From contig OX597837.1 of assembly GCA_951406725.2 (NCBI GenBank), positions 12,648,001-12,712,000 on the forward strand: a stretch of 64,000 bases of DNA, read 5' to 3'. This DNA comes from Octopus vulgaris (lineage: Eukaryota). Position 1 is the first letter of the stretch; every line of letters starts with the position of its first letter. Positions 43,787 through 56,849 of this stretch are shown here, piece after piece. The notes beneath the pieces were generated by a model, which was given only the letters and a program-made list of their open reading frames with translations, did no database searches and was not told the origin of the DNA. A program made the position numbers and the translations under genes.

Positions 43787-45259
43787 TTAACAACGTTCTT
43801 TCAGCATCATAGGTTCTTCAAGTTTTGTAGATATTCGCGAAGAATCGTCTCTAGTAACAGCCCACTCTTGTTCGCTTCCTTTCGCAAATATCGCGAAAAT
43901 CAATGCACCACAGAAAGAGAAGGCGCCACTCAAGATCAACACTGTTCGCCATTCGGTTTGTGTACCGTTTGGTGTAAGAGCTTTAACCGCTAAGGGGCAT
44001 AAAATACTACATATTGATGCAAATGTATTTGTAAATCCGTATAAAACTCCAGCATATCTGGGAGCAACGTCGATATGGTTTACCAAGAAACCGCCAGAAT
44101 AAAATGCCATGGCACAGCCAGAGAGGAAAAAAAGGATTCCTGTTAAAATCGTCTGATCACATTCCAGAAATCCGATGACAATAAGCAAAGATGCTGATCC
44201 ACCAAGGGAGATAGACTGGAATATTACTCGGACTGAACGAGTTGACAGATAATTCTTGGAAAGTAGAAGATCTGCAAGTTTTCCTGATAATGGTAAAAAT
44301 ATGAATTGTCCTAACGACGGAGTTGAAGACATTAAACCATTCGCCGAAGGATCAATGTTTAATACTTCTTTCATATATAATGGTAACAACATCTGGAAGA
44401 CCGTATTTGTCCAGCTCGATATCATATGGACGATAGCAATGGCCCAAATGGCGGAAGAAGATAGTATTTTCCTCCAAGGTACATTTTTTACTTCACTCTT
44501 ATCTTTTCTGTTTCTGTTTAAATACACTCGTTCTTCTTCGTTGATGTTGGGGTGGTCATCTGGATTATTGTAAACAACATAAAACCACACACAGCTAAAC
44601 AGCAGCGTTGTTCCACCGAATAAGTAAAATATAGAACCCCATCCGTTGTCAAATCCATATTCACAAAGGAAACCTGAGATCGACATGCATATAATGGTCC
44701 CTAATGTTTGGCCAGAAAACGAAAACGCAACTAGTGAGCTTCTCTCTTCGGGTGGTGCCCAACGTCCCAACAACGACTGGACTGATGGATACATAGACCC
44801 TGATAACAAACCCGTTAAAATCCTTAAAACAAGGGTAAAGTACCCACTTATTCGAGACAAACTTGGGTAGAGAAGAGTCAAAGTAGAAACCGAAATAAGG
44901 GTAAATCCCAGAACATTTTTACCGCCATACTTGTCGGCTAACATACCACCAAATACATTAGTCACGGTATACCCATAATAATACCCAGCCAACATGTGGG
45001 ACTGTAAAGAGTTACTCCATTCGAACTCGCCTTCAAATGTTTTATTCGGTAAATGATTCTCCGACCCTAAACATTCTTCCTTTATTCCGGTATGATTAAG
45101 TTCTTGAAGTGAACTGTTGGATGTTTTCAGCATACAAGCAAAGGCGATACCGAGGTCAACTCGTAATGCTGTTAACAGGAGAACAGCTGCTAAACAAGCA
45201 TAGGACAACCTCCAACGACATGATGAGTATTTTTTAAGGCACCGGGTAATTTTTGGCAT
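43787..45259 (-). CDS. SLC17 family (sialin-like) MFS anion transporter, paralog B, intact single-exon CDS, 490 aa from MPKIT
   Basis: Same motif set (LRVDL, GGMLADKYGGK, WAPPEERS, VPWRKILSS, VNHIDVAPRYAG, GSEQEWA). ATG at 45259 aligns with the A and C starts; the ATG at 45292 lies in microsatellite-like sequence. Confidence 0.95.
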   Translation of the reverse strand: MPKITRCLKKYSSCRWRLSYACLAAVLLLTALRVDLGIAFACMLKTSNSSLQELNHTGIKEECLGSENHLPNKTFEGEFEWSNSLQSHMLAGYYYGYTVTNVFGGMLADKYGGKNVLGFTLISVSTLTLLYPSLSRISGYFTLVLRILTGLLSGSMYPSVQSLLGRWAPPEERSSLVAFSFSGQTLGTIICMSISGFLCEYGFDNGWGSIFYLFGGTTLLFSCVWFYVVYNNPDDHPNINEEERVYLNRNRKDKSEVKNVPWRKILSSSAIWAIAIVHMISSWTNTVFQMLLPLYMKEVLNIDPSANGLMSSTPSLGQFIFLPLSGKLADLLLSKNYLSTRSVRVIFQSISLGGSASLLIVIGFLECDQTILTGILFFLSGCAMAFYSGGFLVNHIDVAPRYAGVLYGFTNTFASICSILCPLAVKALTPNGTQTEWRTVLILSGAFSFCGALIFAIFAKGSEQEWAVTRDDSSRISTKLEEPMMLKERC

Positions 45260-45344
45260 TTCAAATTTATGCTCAAATGTGTGTATGTGCATGCATGTAC
45301 GTATATGTATTTATGTACGTGTATATGTGTGTGTGTATGTGTGC

Positions 45345-45381
<37 letters not shown>

Positions 45382-45412
45382 CATATATATATATATATGT
45401 GTGTGTGTGTGC

Positions 45413-45476
<64 letters not shown>

Positions 45477-45847
45477 GTGTGTGTGTCCGTGTGTGTTCGT
45501 GAGTGTGTGTTTGATTGCGTGTGTAATATACGATTCGTGTGATTTTTAAATAATGGCTTTTGATTTCTTTCAACCAAATATTTTCCAGCGATGGTCGTCT
45601 GCTCTCTGTGATTTCATTGAAACAATAGTATTTTGTAAGGTCTGTGAGACTGCTTTCTGATCGATCTTTTGATCGGATGCTATGTAAAATCTCCGTTTTC
45701 GATGCGTAATTTCATAGACTGGTTTGACCGATATATGGTTTGATTGTTCAAACGTGAATATTCATTTTGCATCTATTTCCATGGGATTCAACTTAACAAC
45801 GCAAATTGTGATATTCTCTGTAAGGCATGGCGTGCAATGTTGGTAAC

Positions 45848-45870
45848 CTGTTAAAAGTATAGAATAAAAA
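45848..45870 (-). promoter_or_regulatory. Candidate splice acceptor of a 5'-UTR intron of B
   Basis: TTTTTATTCTATACTTTTAACAG|GTTACCA, conserved with 57372-57404 upstream of C. Confidence 0.35.
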
Positions 45871-45949
45871 AGCATATATTGTTATATTCGGCAGAGATAT
45901 TCATGAGGAAAATATTGTTCCAATTGTTATGGACGAGAAGGTAATGAGA

Positions 45950-46332
45950 GAGAAGCACTCCGTCGGTTACGACGACGAGGGTTCCGGTTGATCCGAATCA
46001 ACGGAACAGCCTGCTCGTGAAATTAACGTGTAAGTGGCTGAGCACTCCACAGACACGTGTACCCTTAACGTAGTTCTCGGGGATATTCAGCGTGACACAG
46101 AGAGTGACAAGGCCGGCCCTTTGAAATACAGGTACAACAGAAACAGGAAGTAAGAGTGAGAAAAAGTTGTGGTGAAAGGGTACAGCAGGGATCACCACCA
46201 CCCCCTGCCGGAGCCTCGTGGAGCTTTAGGTGTTTTCGCTCAACAAACATTCACAACGCCCGGTCTGGGAATCGAAACCGCGATCCTCCGACCGCGAGTC
46301 CGCTGCCCTAACCACTGGGCCATTGCGCCTCC
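45950..46332 (-). mobile_element. tRNA-derived SINE family 2, full length, 11-bp TSD
   Basis: Head GGAGGCGCAATGGCCCAGTGGTTAGGGC...GGTTTCGATTCCC. TSD AGGTAATGAGA at 45939-45949 and 46333-46343. Confidence 0.9.
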
Positions 46333-46344
46333 AGGTAATGAGAA

Positions 46345-46408
46345 AGCTCACTATGCAATAAAAGCTTGTGTTAAACTGGGGGAAAATGCTACAGGAACTT
46401 ATGAAATA
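46345..46408 (+). mobile_element. Tiny mariner N-terminal remnant
   Basis: Encodes HYAIKACVKLGENATGTYE, resembling mariner QRxxIKFCVKLGKxATETF. Confidence 0.5.
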
Positions 46409-46414
46409 AGGAAT

Positions 46415-48062
46415 AATCTTTTCTATTATAGGCACAAGGCTCAAGTTGTTGGAGAAGGGGTTCGTTGATTACATTAATCTCAGGGATTAACTGGTCTTTA
46501 TTTATCAACCCCGAACGGATGTCAGGCAGAGTCGATCTCGATGGGATTCGATTAGCCAGAAGAAATAATGATTTCTAATTTTTGCACAAGGCCAGTAATT
46601 TCAGGGGTCGGGATAGGTCAATTACATCAACCCCGAAAGGATGAGAGGCAAAGACGACCTCGGTGGAATTTGAACATCCAAAACAAATATGAGTTTCAAA
46701 TTTTGATACAAGACCAGTCATTTTTTTTTGTGGGGGGGGTCGAGGTAAATCGATTATATCGATCTCTGTTCTCGACTGGTATTGGGTTGGTGCATAATTA
46801 TTGCGGCTTTTTTTTTTCAGCAAATTTTATACAACAAAAACAATATTTAACAAAAATATCTTTAAATGACGGTCTGACAGTCTGCCAAGCAAATGGGAAA
46901 CAGTAATTGAAGTGGATGGTGAATATGCTCCGGAATAATCATTTAAAGATGTTTTTGTTACATGTTGTTATTGTTTTTGTTGACTAAAATTTGTTGGAAA
47001 AAGAGCCGCAATAATTATGCACCAAACCAATACTTATTTCATTCCCCGAAAGGATGAAAGGCCAAAGTCTACCTCGGCAGAATTTGAGCTCAGAACGTAA
47101 GACGGACGATATATCGCTCGCAAAGCATTTTGTCCGGCGTGATAGCGGTTCTACCAACTCGTCGCCTTAGCCACAAGAGTTAATCTTTTCTACTATAGGC
47201 ACAAGGCCTGGAATATGTGGGAGGGTGGCTAAGTTGATTACATCGACCCCAGTGCTCAAATGATATAAATTTGGGGGAAGGGACTAGCCGATTACATCGA
47301 ATCCAGAATTTAATTTATCGACCCCGAGGGGAGGGAAAGCAAAGTCGACCTGGGTGGAATTTGAGCTCAGAATGTAATGACAGGCGAAATACCTATTTCT
47401 TTTCTACCCACAAGGGGCTAAACACAGAGGGGGGATAAACAAGGACAGACAAACGGATTAAGTCGATTACATCGACCCCAGTGCGTAACTGGTACTTAAT
47501 TTATCGACCCCGAAAGGATGAAAGGCAAAGTCGACCTGGGCGGAATTTGAGCTCAGATGGATGGATGGATGGATGGATGGATGGATGGATGGATGGAAGC
47601 ACTCCGTCGGTTATGACGACGAGGGTTCCGGTTGATCCGAATCAACGGAACAGCCTGCTCGTGAAATTAACGTGTAAGTGGCTGAGCACTCCACAGACAC
47701 GTGTACCCATAGCGTAGTTCTCGGGGATATTCAGCGTGACACAGAGAGTGACAAGGCCGGCCCTTTGAAATACAGGTACAACAGAAACAGGAAGTAAGAG
47801 TGAGAGAAAGTTGTGGTGAAAGAGTACAGCAGGGATCACCACCATCCCCTGGCGGAGCCTCGTGGAGCTTTAGGTGTTTTCGCTCAATAAACACTCACAA
47901 CGCCCGGTCTGGGAATCGAAACCGCGATCCTACGACCGCGAGTCCGCTGCCCTAACCACTGGGCCATTGCGCCTCCACTTGAGCTCAGAACGTAGCGGCA
48001 GACGAAATACCGCCAAGCATTTTGCCAGGGGTGCTAACGATTCTGCCAGATCGCCGCCTTAG
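46415..48062 (-). mobile_element. Cluster of SINE family 3 copies and fragments (GGCGGCGAGCTGGCAGAA head)
   Basis: Repeated ATCGACCCCGAAAGGATGAAAGGCAAAGTCGACCTCGGCGGAATTTGA(A/G)CTCAGAA core, at least 5 times. Confidence 0.8.
47558..47978 (-). mobile_element. SINE family 2 copy nested in a family 3 SINE, with (TCCA)n tail and 11-bp TSD
   Basis: Highly similar to 45950-46332. TSD TTGAGCTCAGA at 47547-47557 and 47979-47989. Confidence 0.9.
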
Positions 48063-48573
48063 CCACAAGAAACAATAAAAGGTATTTTATACGATGTTCT
48101 AAAGATTCTAAGACTCTGGCGGTAATTTAGGCATGAAACGGAGAGAAGTCACGCAGCAAACTGAATAGAACATTTGTTAACGCCTCAGAAATTATACACT
48201 AAAGGCTACGACAGAGCTGCTATGTGAGAGTTCGACTTGCTAGAAATAACAACTAAATCTCTTACAATTCGCATCTTCAATAAATATGTTGGATTAATTG
48301 GTAACAGCTGAAATGGATTTGACCATAGTTCTGCTTGATCACCACTGGACTTGAATTAAATAATTACCCTGGCAGCAGTTACCCGACTAAATAAAAAGAC
48401 ACGTGGATAGATTCTCCATCCATCTTTCTCTCTCTCTCTCCCTCTCTCTCTCGCTTTCCCACACACACATGTTTGTACGCATGCGCACACCTACATACGT
48501 GTGTGTGCATATAGGTACGCATGTAAGCGTGTGCATGTTTGCATTATAATGCATTTATGCGTGAAAGTGTATG

Positions 48574-48606
<33 letters not shown>

Positions 48607-48668
48607 ATCTATATATATATATATATATATATATATTGTGTGTGTGTGTGTGTGTATATATATATGTG

Positions 48669-48715
<47 letters not shown>

Positions 48716-48758
48716 ATATATATTATATATATATATATATTGTGTGTGTGTGTGTGTA

Positions 48759-48822
<64 letters not shown>

Positions 48823-48840
48823 TACATACATATATATATA

Positions 48841-48900
<60 letters not shown>

Positions 48901-49101
48901 TACATATATATATATATACATACATGTATATTTTTTTATATATTTATTCTATTATCCAAAAACACTGAAGTTGTTTGGACAACCTTGAGTGTGTTCGATG
49001 AATGTAGAGTCTTGTTCTCTTTTTTTTTCTTTTACATTTTTATGTTTTGAAACCTACGAATACCTAGGACTATATCATATTAAGTATATTTCCATTTTCA
49101 A

Positions 49102-49157
49102 GCTAGAAGGAACAGCCAAAATCCATAGTGGTTTGGATTTTGGCTGTTCCTTCTAGC
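49102..49157. repeat. Perfect 24-bp-stem hairpin with 8-nt loop
   Basis: GCTAGAAGGAACAGCCAAAATCCA-TAGTGGTT-TGGATTTTGGCTGTTCCTTCTAGC. Confidence 0.92.
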
Positions 49158-49204
49158 GTGTCAGGAATCCTATGACGGATACCTCTTATGTGTTTAAATG
49201 TACA

Positions 49205-49239
<35 letters not shown>

Positions 49240-49241
<2 letters not shown>

Positions 49242-49450
49242 TTTTACTTGTTTCAGGCATTTGACTGCGGCCATGCTGGAGCACCTTCTTTAGTCGAATA
49301 AACCGACCTCAGGAATTATTCTTTGTAATCCTAGTACTTATTCTATCGGTCTCTTTCGCCAAACCGCTAGGTTACGGGGATGTAAGCACACCAGCACCCG
49401 TTGTCAAGCGATGTTGGGGGGAACAAGCACAGACACATAAACATATAAAC
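49240..49450 (-). mobile_element. SINE family 1 3' half
   Basis: TTTGACTGCGGCCATGCTGGAGCACC...GTTGTCAAGCGATGTTGGGG. Confidence 0.8.
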
Positions 49451-49460
49451 ACACATACAT

Positions 49461-49528
<68 letters not shown>

Positions 49529-49539
49529 GTGTGTGTATG

Positions 49540-49657
<118 letters not shown>

Positions 49658-50563
49658 TGTGCGTGTGTATATGCATATATGCATACATACATATGAATAT
49701 ATACGAACAGAAGTTATATGAGCAAACAGTGGAAACACTACGTTTTTGCTCAACATCCGAGAAAACACCGTCAAATCTCCTTAAAACCCCATCTCACTGT
49801 CATAACAAAAAAGGGGGCATTTGTACGATAGATTACGTTTAAACTGCCAGAGCCGAATTACGATTTTCTAATAACCCTGGGTTACGTTGTACCATAAAAC
49901 CCCACCCTAGTGATACTGTCAACAATTTTTTTTTATTTCCTTTACGGAGGTCACACTCCTACGTTGACGAAGGTATCTGTCTGGGCCGCAGTTTGTTATT
50001 AAATTAATAATATTTGAAATAGATAGATAAATCGATAAATATAAGACGAAGTGGTCGTGAGTGGAACGCTTTCGATCGTGGGCTATGCTTGATTAAAGCC
50101 GCCCTGATTTTAAAAACACAATAAATGTTATAACTTCAAGCGTTTTTTAACAAACGTTCAAAAGGAGTGTCTCAACCAACAACATTAATACTAGAGAGAG
50201 AGAGAGAGACGGACAGACAGACAGAGGTACACTGAAGTAAGAGAAGAAGAGATGAAAGTAGTGAACGGGCGTGAGAGAGAGAAAGATCTGAATGGGTAAG
50301 AAAAAGCGAAGGAGATAAAGGTCAGGACGATAGAATACTTCAGTAAATGGATAACGAACCATTCGGTGCCATTGCCGGGTCGCTATGCGCTGTAAAGTTA
50401 TTCATAAGTATTTGCAGTAAAACAAGAATGTTGAGTAGTGCAACTTGTATGAGTAACACGTCACATGCTAGTAACACAGGAAACTGCATGGAATGAGGAG
50501 GGCGTGACGAAGTAAAACGTGTGTACATATCATATACTTGTGTGTATGTGCATATATATATAT

Positions 50564-50609
<46 letters not shown>

Positions 50610-50646
50610 TTATATATATATATATTTATATTTATATTTATATTTG

Positions 50647-50677
<31 letters not shown>

Positions 50678-50706
50678 ATATATATTTATATTTATATTTA
50701 TATTTA

Positions 50707-50803
<97 letters not shown>

Positions 50804-51207
50804 TATATTTATGACGGAGCAGACATATTTACAACCGCCCATTCATCTACACACGCGACTTAAACGCTCACACAGGCAAACACACTAACACAACACACGT
50901 CATTATAGACACACACTCACCAACACTCACACATCATCCACGGTTTACACTCACACGCAAATGCTGGCGCGCGCACGCCCACGCCTGGACTGCCTCGTAG
51001 CAGACAACGTCAATATTATGGCACTGAGCGAATGTATGTCACCCAGTGACCTCGTTTTAGATAAACGTCAGCCGTAGGAGCCATTTGTAAGACGAGCTGC
51101 CCTGTGCTATAAATAAATCGGTGTTTTTAAGCAGGCGCGCGCACACACACACACACACGCCTGCATGCACATACTTTCGAACACACACACACACACACAC
51201 ACAAACA

Positions 51208-51362
51208 GGCGTGGTAATAAGAGGCTTGCTTCCGAACCACATGGTCCCGGGTTCAGTCCCACTTCGTGGCACCTTGGGCAAGTGCCTTCCAATGTAGCCT
51301 CGGGCCATCCAAAGCCTAGCGAGTGGATTTGGTACACAGAAACTGAAAGAAGCCCGTCGTAT
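51208..51362 (+). mobile_element. SINE family 1 5' half
   Basis: CCACATGGTCCCGGGTTCAGTCCC...GAAACTGAAAGAAGCCCGTCG. Confidence 0.8.
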
Positions 51363-51375
51363 ATATATATATATA

Positions 51376-51798
51376 CTCTTTTACTCTTTTACTTATTTCT
51401 TTTACTTATTTCATGACTGCGGCCATGCTGGAGCACCGCCTCTAGTCGAGCAAATCGACCCCGGGACTTATTCTTTGTAAGCCCAGTACTTATTCTATCG
51501 GTCTCTTTTGCCGAACCGCTAGGTGACGGGGACGTAAACACACCAGCATCGGTTGTCAAGCAATGCTAGGGGGACAAACACAGACACACAAACACACACA
51601 TACACATACATATATATATATATATACACATATATACGACAGGCTTCTTTCAGTTTCCGTCTACCAAATCCACTCACAAGGCATTGGTCGGCCCAGGGCT
51701 ATAGCAGAAGACACTTGCCCAAGATGCCACGCAGTGGGACTGAACCCTGAACCATGTGGTTGGTTAGCAAGCTACTTACCACACGGCCACTCCTGCGC
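51376..51798 (-). mobile_element. SINE family 1, full length
   Basis: Collinear with 590-1004. Confidence 0.88.
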
Positions 51799-52055
51799 CT
51801 ATAAATATATATATATATATAATTTAAATAATGAGGGAGATAAATTGAATATTAATTTAATTAACATCAATTTAAAACCAGTAACCTAGCTTACAAAGAT
51901 CTGAAAATCAGGTTATTTAATTTTCATTTGTCTTGGCCCCATTTTCGTTCTGGTCTCCGCTGAATTTTCCTCTAGAGAACATTCTTTTCTTCGTAGTTTG
52001 ATCGTAGGTGATCTACTTCTAGCATACGACCGACCACATAGTGGCTTGCCCTCCA

Positions 52056-52087
<32 letters not shown>

Positions 52088-52119
52088 CATATATATACAT
52101 GTATGTATGTATATATTGT

Positions 52120-52310
52120 TTTATTCTTTTATTTGTTTCAGTCATGTGTCTGCGGCCATGCTGGAGCACCGCCTTTAGTCGAGCATATCGACCCCAAGAC
52201 TTATTCTTTGTAAGCCTAGTACTTATTCTATCGGTCTCTCTTGCCGAATCCCTAAGTGACGGGGACGTAAACACAACAGCATCAGTTGCCAAGCGATGTT
52301 GGGGGACAAA

Positions 52311-52320
<10 letters not shown>
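52120..52320 (-). mobile_element. SINE family 1 3' half
   Basis: Collinear with 605-800. Confidence 0.8.
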
Positions 52321-52369
<49 letters not shown>

Positions 52370-52448
52370 TTGCATATATATGTATATATATACGTGTATG
52401 TCTGTATGTATATATATGTTTGTGTGTGTGTGTGTTATGCCACACACA

Positions 52449-52560
52449 CACAGTTCATACCTTGCTCCCTGTGACTTTTGGTTGTTCCCTAAGCTGAAGG
52501 AAAAGATGAGAGAGGCTGTGAAAAGGGCGCTGGTGACCTTCACTTTAGAGGACTCTTCGC
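52449..52560 (+). mobile_element. Mariner C-terminal remnant
   Basis: Encodes [21 protein letters not shown], matching the YSPDLAPxDFxLF motif. Confidence 0.7.
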
Positions 52561-53204
52561 GTAATGGCTCGTCTTTGTAATTAATGAATATCTTAACATT
52601 TTTTAAATGTACTTTCTATTTCTGTTTAGCACACGACAGTTAATGAGCCACCAATCTCAATATATGTAATCAGTATTTCTTATCAGATATTCAAAGAAAT
52701 ACATGTCTTATCAGTAATTCAAAATAAGTCCCTATTTACTAAGCTCGTTTTCACCCCTATTATTAAGTTGTTGCATAGTTAAAAGACAGCGAAACACCCA
52801 AATAGTGACCTTTGCTTTATAGAATCAACAAGTTTAATCATACAAAAGATATGGTACGACATCTGTAGAGATTTTATCAAACATGGACCAACACGTGAGA
52901 CTCAAAGTTACGCCAGAAACAGCAGCAAGCAGAAAGTTTCTCTAAAAACTATTTTCTATCGTTTTACAAAAACAAAATGCATGTTAGACGGTGTATAGTC
53001 CTAGATATGATTGAATGAAATATGGTTCGATCACCAATAATTGAACACCTGTGGTCAAACGTCTGCTCAATCGAATCAGACAACTGCCACAGCTGTTCAT
53101 ATCAGAAAGATAAATTGTAATACAAAAACCCACACACATACATACATACACACACACATACATATATAATATAATATACGTATTTATATATATATGTGTG
53201 TGTA

Positions 53205-53296
<92 letters not shown>

Positions 53297-53306
53297 CTCT
53301 AATTTA

Positions 53307-53339
<33 letters not shown>

Positions 53340-53342
<3 letters not shown>

Positions 53343-54360
53343 TAAATTAGAGATAAAACCACTATTAGGCAAATCAAACAGTGAATAACATAAACCAAAA
53401 CATAGAAATAAAACTAATTCATATAAAATACAAATTATATAAAATATAAAATTCAAAATTTAAATAATTTAAATTTAAAGTTAAAATTTAAAATTATTAA
53501 TTTATATTTATAAATTTATATATATATATATATTTATTTTCATTTTATTAAATATATATAACTATCAAAAAGTATAAAAAGTTTAATATAAGATAAAAGT
53601 AAAACCACTACGATCGTTTCATGCCCATAACCTAATTCGAATAACAATAATTTAAATTCAATTAATAATTCGAATTATGGCTATAGTCAATCTTCAGGTT
53701 AATGATAATAGTTAAATAAATAATCAAATATATTTAAACAATATTTTTTTTAAATAAATAAAATAATAATTTTTCTTATAAAAAAAACTCTATTATCAAA
53801 CTAGAAACTTTAACGATTATGATTATGTCATACAATCGATTATAATGTTAAATATTAATTTTTACGGTAAGAATAGATAGAACATGTATTTATCTATTCA
53901 GATATAATATGGCTTTTAAAAAAACATAATAAACCCACAAATAATCTAATCTCAGTTATAGTCAATATCTAATTTACCTAAAAATTTAACAAAAAAAATA
54001 ATCAAAAAAAATAATCACTATTCATATTATTAAATTTAATTTCAAATCAAATAATCATATAATATTTGAATAATAACTAAATTATCAATGAATATATATA
54101 AAAATGTATATAGATATAAGAATTAAGATCTAAAATTATCTCTATCAAAAAATATATATGCACTTATAATAAAAACCTAATAAATTAATTATTCATTTTT
54201 ACTTATGAAATATATTAAAAATTAAAAGATTAAAGATGAAAAAGCAAATTGTAAACAAACAAACAAACAAACTATCTTAAAAGAACGCTATAACTAATAA
54301 ACGATCCATATATCTCGTTGGCTAATTAATAACTTATAAAAACCGTATAATTAAGAACTA
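53340..54360 (-). mobile_element. AT-rich Penelope-like repeat with hammerhead-like motif at 53605-53702
   Basis: Reverse-complement homolog of 3270-3870. Minus strand AAC-CTGAAGA-TTGACTATAGCC...GGTTATGGGCAT-GAAAC-GATC-GTA-GT. Its 18-bp end is duplicated inverted at 53293-53310. Confidence 0.6.
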
Positions 54361-54822
54361 TATATATATACGACGGTCTTCTTTTAGTTTCCATCCACCA
54401 AAATCCATTCGCAACGCCTTGGTCAACCTGAGCTTCTTAGCACTCCTCCGCGCCTGCGGAAATAGCCTCGGGGGGCGAAAAGCTCCCCATAGAACTTTTG
54501 AACATATTTGATCCTTATCTTGTTTAAAGTTCAATTATAAAAGTTGGGTGGGGGCGGAATACAGTAGAAACATAAATGTATCTCCTATGTAATTACATAT
54601 AAACTTTCATGCTTACATACATGTTATGTATGAGTGTATGTATGAATATATATATATGTGTATGTATATATATGTGTATGTATGTATATATATGTGTATG
54701 TATGTATATATATGTGTATGTATGTATATATATTACAGAGTATCTGCCTGCTTATCTGTTTGTCTAACTATTTCTCTCTCCCTCTTTCTCTCTCTCTCTC
54801 TCTCTCCCTCTCTATCTTTCTT

Positions 54823-54861
<39 letters not shown>

Positions 54862-55011
54862 CTTAGACTTGTTGCTTTGCGTACATAAGACCTGCTAACC
54901 AAGTAAAGTACGCACATCGCATGAGAGCATTCAGTACATTTAGCAATTTCCGAGTTAAGGTACGTACATTATTGAATGCATTATTATATCACTCAAACAC
55001 ACTATTGTTAC

Positions 55012-55085
<74 letters not shown>

Positions 55086-55411
55086 TTTCCCTCTTAATTG
55101 TGTGCACCACACGTTCTCTATTATTAATGTTGTTCAGCAGAAATCCCGGCAAAAGGATTTCGATAATATTCAACAATTGTCATCTCATTCTCAAGAAACC
55201 TTGACTGAAAATTGTGATTGAAGACGTAACGTCTGCTGTTGTAGATACTGTCATTCTAGATGTTCTTCTTCAATCGGAAAAAGACCTCAATTAAATAGAA
55301 CCATTCCAACATGACCATTCCGTCTTTTTTGGCTCGAGTATCATTTATCTAATACATCATTATTGTGTATAATATTACACAATGCACACACACACACACT
55401 CATATATACAT

Positions 55412-55462
<51 letters not shown>

Positions 55463-55467
<5 letters not shown>

Positions 55468-56813
55468 GGGAGGAAATAAATATTCGTACACGTCAAAATT
55501 CTTTATTTATTTAATTTCTAATGGACATAAATGGGATATACCAATACTATATTTGCATACACATGCATAAACTAAGAATATGCAAATGAAACTAATAAAT
55601 TATAGTAACTAAGGAATTTATATTCAATTATAAATACTTAGGGGTGAAAAAAGTATTCGTACAGAAAATAAATAACTGATAATTCTGATTTAATACTTCT
55701 TAGCATAACCATTATTCAGTTCCACTTCAACCAATCTCTTCTTGTAGTTCTTAATCAATGACTCGCATGTTTCTTTAGGAATTTTTTCCCATTCTTCTTG
55801 ACAAATTTTCTTCAAATATGTAATGCACGTTGGGGCTCTTGAATGAATTTTAATTTTCAAATTACGCCACAAATTTTCAATGGGGTTCAAGTCAGGTGAC
55901 TGGCTTGGCCATTCTAATAATTTTATATTGTGATAGACAATCCATTTTTTGCTAGACTTCGCCGTGTGCTTAGGGTCGTTATCCTGTTGTAAATCTCACC
56001 CTTCACAAAACTGGAGCTTTTCTACAGAGTCCCATAAATTATTGTTCAAAATATCTTGGTACATCTCTGCATTCATTCTACCATCTATCACATGTAAATT
56101 GCCAGTACCATTTGCAGAGAAACACCCCCACACTATGATGTTGCCACCTCCAAACTTTATGGTAGGAATTGTGTTTTTCGGTAAATAGGCGGTACCATCT
56201 TTCCTCCAAACATGGCTACGCGAATTTCATCCGAACAATTCAATTTTCAACTCGTCTGTCCATAGAACATTTTCCCAGAATGTATCAGATTTATCTTTAT
56301 GTTCATAAACAAATTTTAAACAGGCATCTCTATGCCTTTTAGTCAACAGCGGAGTTTTTCTAGGAGAGCGTGACTTCAGTTCATTCCTATGAAGTTCATT
56401 GTTGATTGTTCGTAGTGTAACACTAGTCTCTGAAGCTAACAAATCTTCTAGCAACTCCTTTCTGGTGATCATTGCGTTTTTTTTCGATTCTTCGATTCAT
56501 TTTTATTAAAGATCTAGGGGAAATCTTGCGTGGTGTACCGGATCTTATTTTGTTTTCAACAGTTCCCGATTTTTTATATCTTTGAATAAATGGAGATGTA
56601 GTAGAAAATGGAATCTGATATTTTCCTGTAACTTTTACCTGCTTTCCACAGTTCAATAATTAAATTTTTCACTTAATTTGTAAGTTCTTTACTTTTCGCC
56701 ATTATTACGATAATTCAGTGCTGAATGAAGAAGCTAGCGTTTTATTTTAACAGTATTTTGTGGCATAGAAAATCATGAATTTATTCCGTACGAATATTTA
56801 TTTCCCCCCATTG
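55463..56813 (-). mobile_element. Tc1-family (DD34E) DNA transposon, near full length, with inactivated transposase (ATG 56702, stop 55690)
   Basis: TIRs TAGTGGGGAGGAAATAAATATTCGTAC and GTACGAATATTTATTTCCCCCCATTG, with TA on both sides. Motifs [47 protein letters not shown]. 34 residues between the second D and E. Stops and frameshifts present. Confidence 0.93.
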
Positions 56814-56849
56814 TATGTATGCACATAATAAATACTCAGTTTTTTTACA

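Noticed and set aside
45260-45292. Longer N-terminus for B (MHIHTFEHKFE)
   Set aside because: It lies in CA/TA-repeat-derived sequence, and paralog starts align with ATG 45259.
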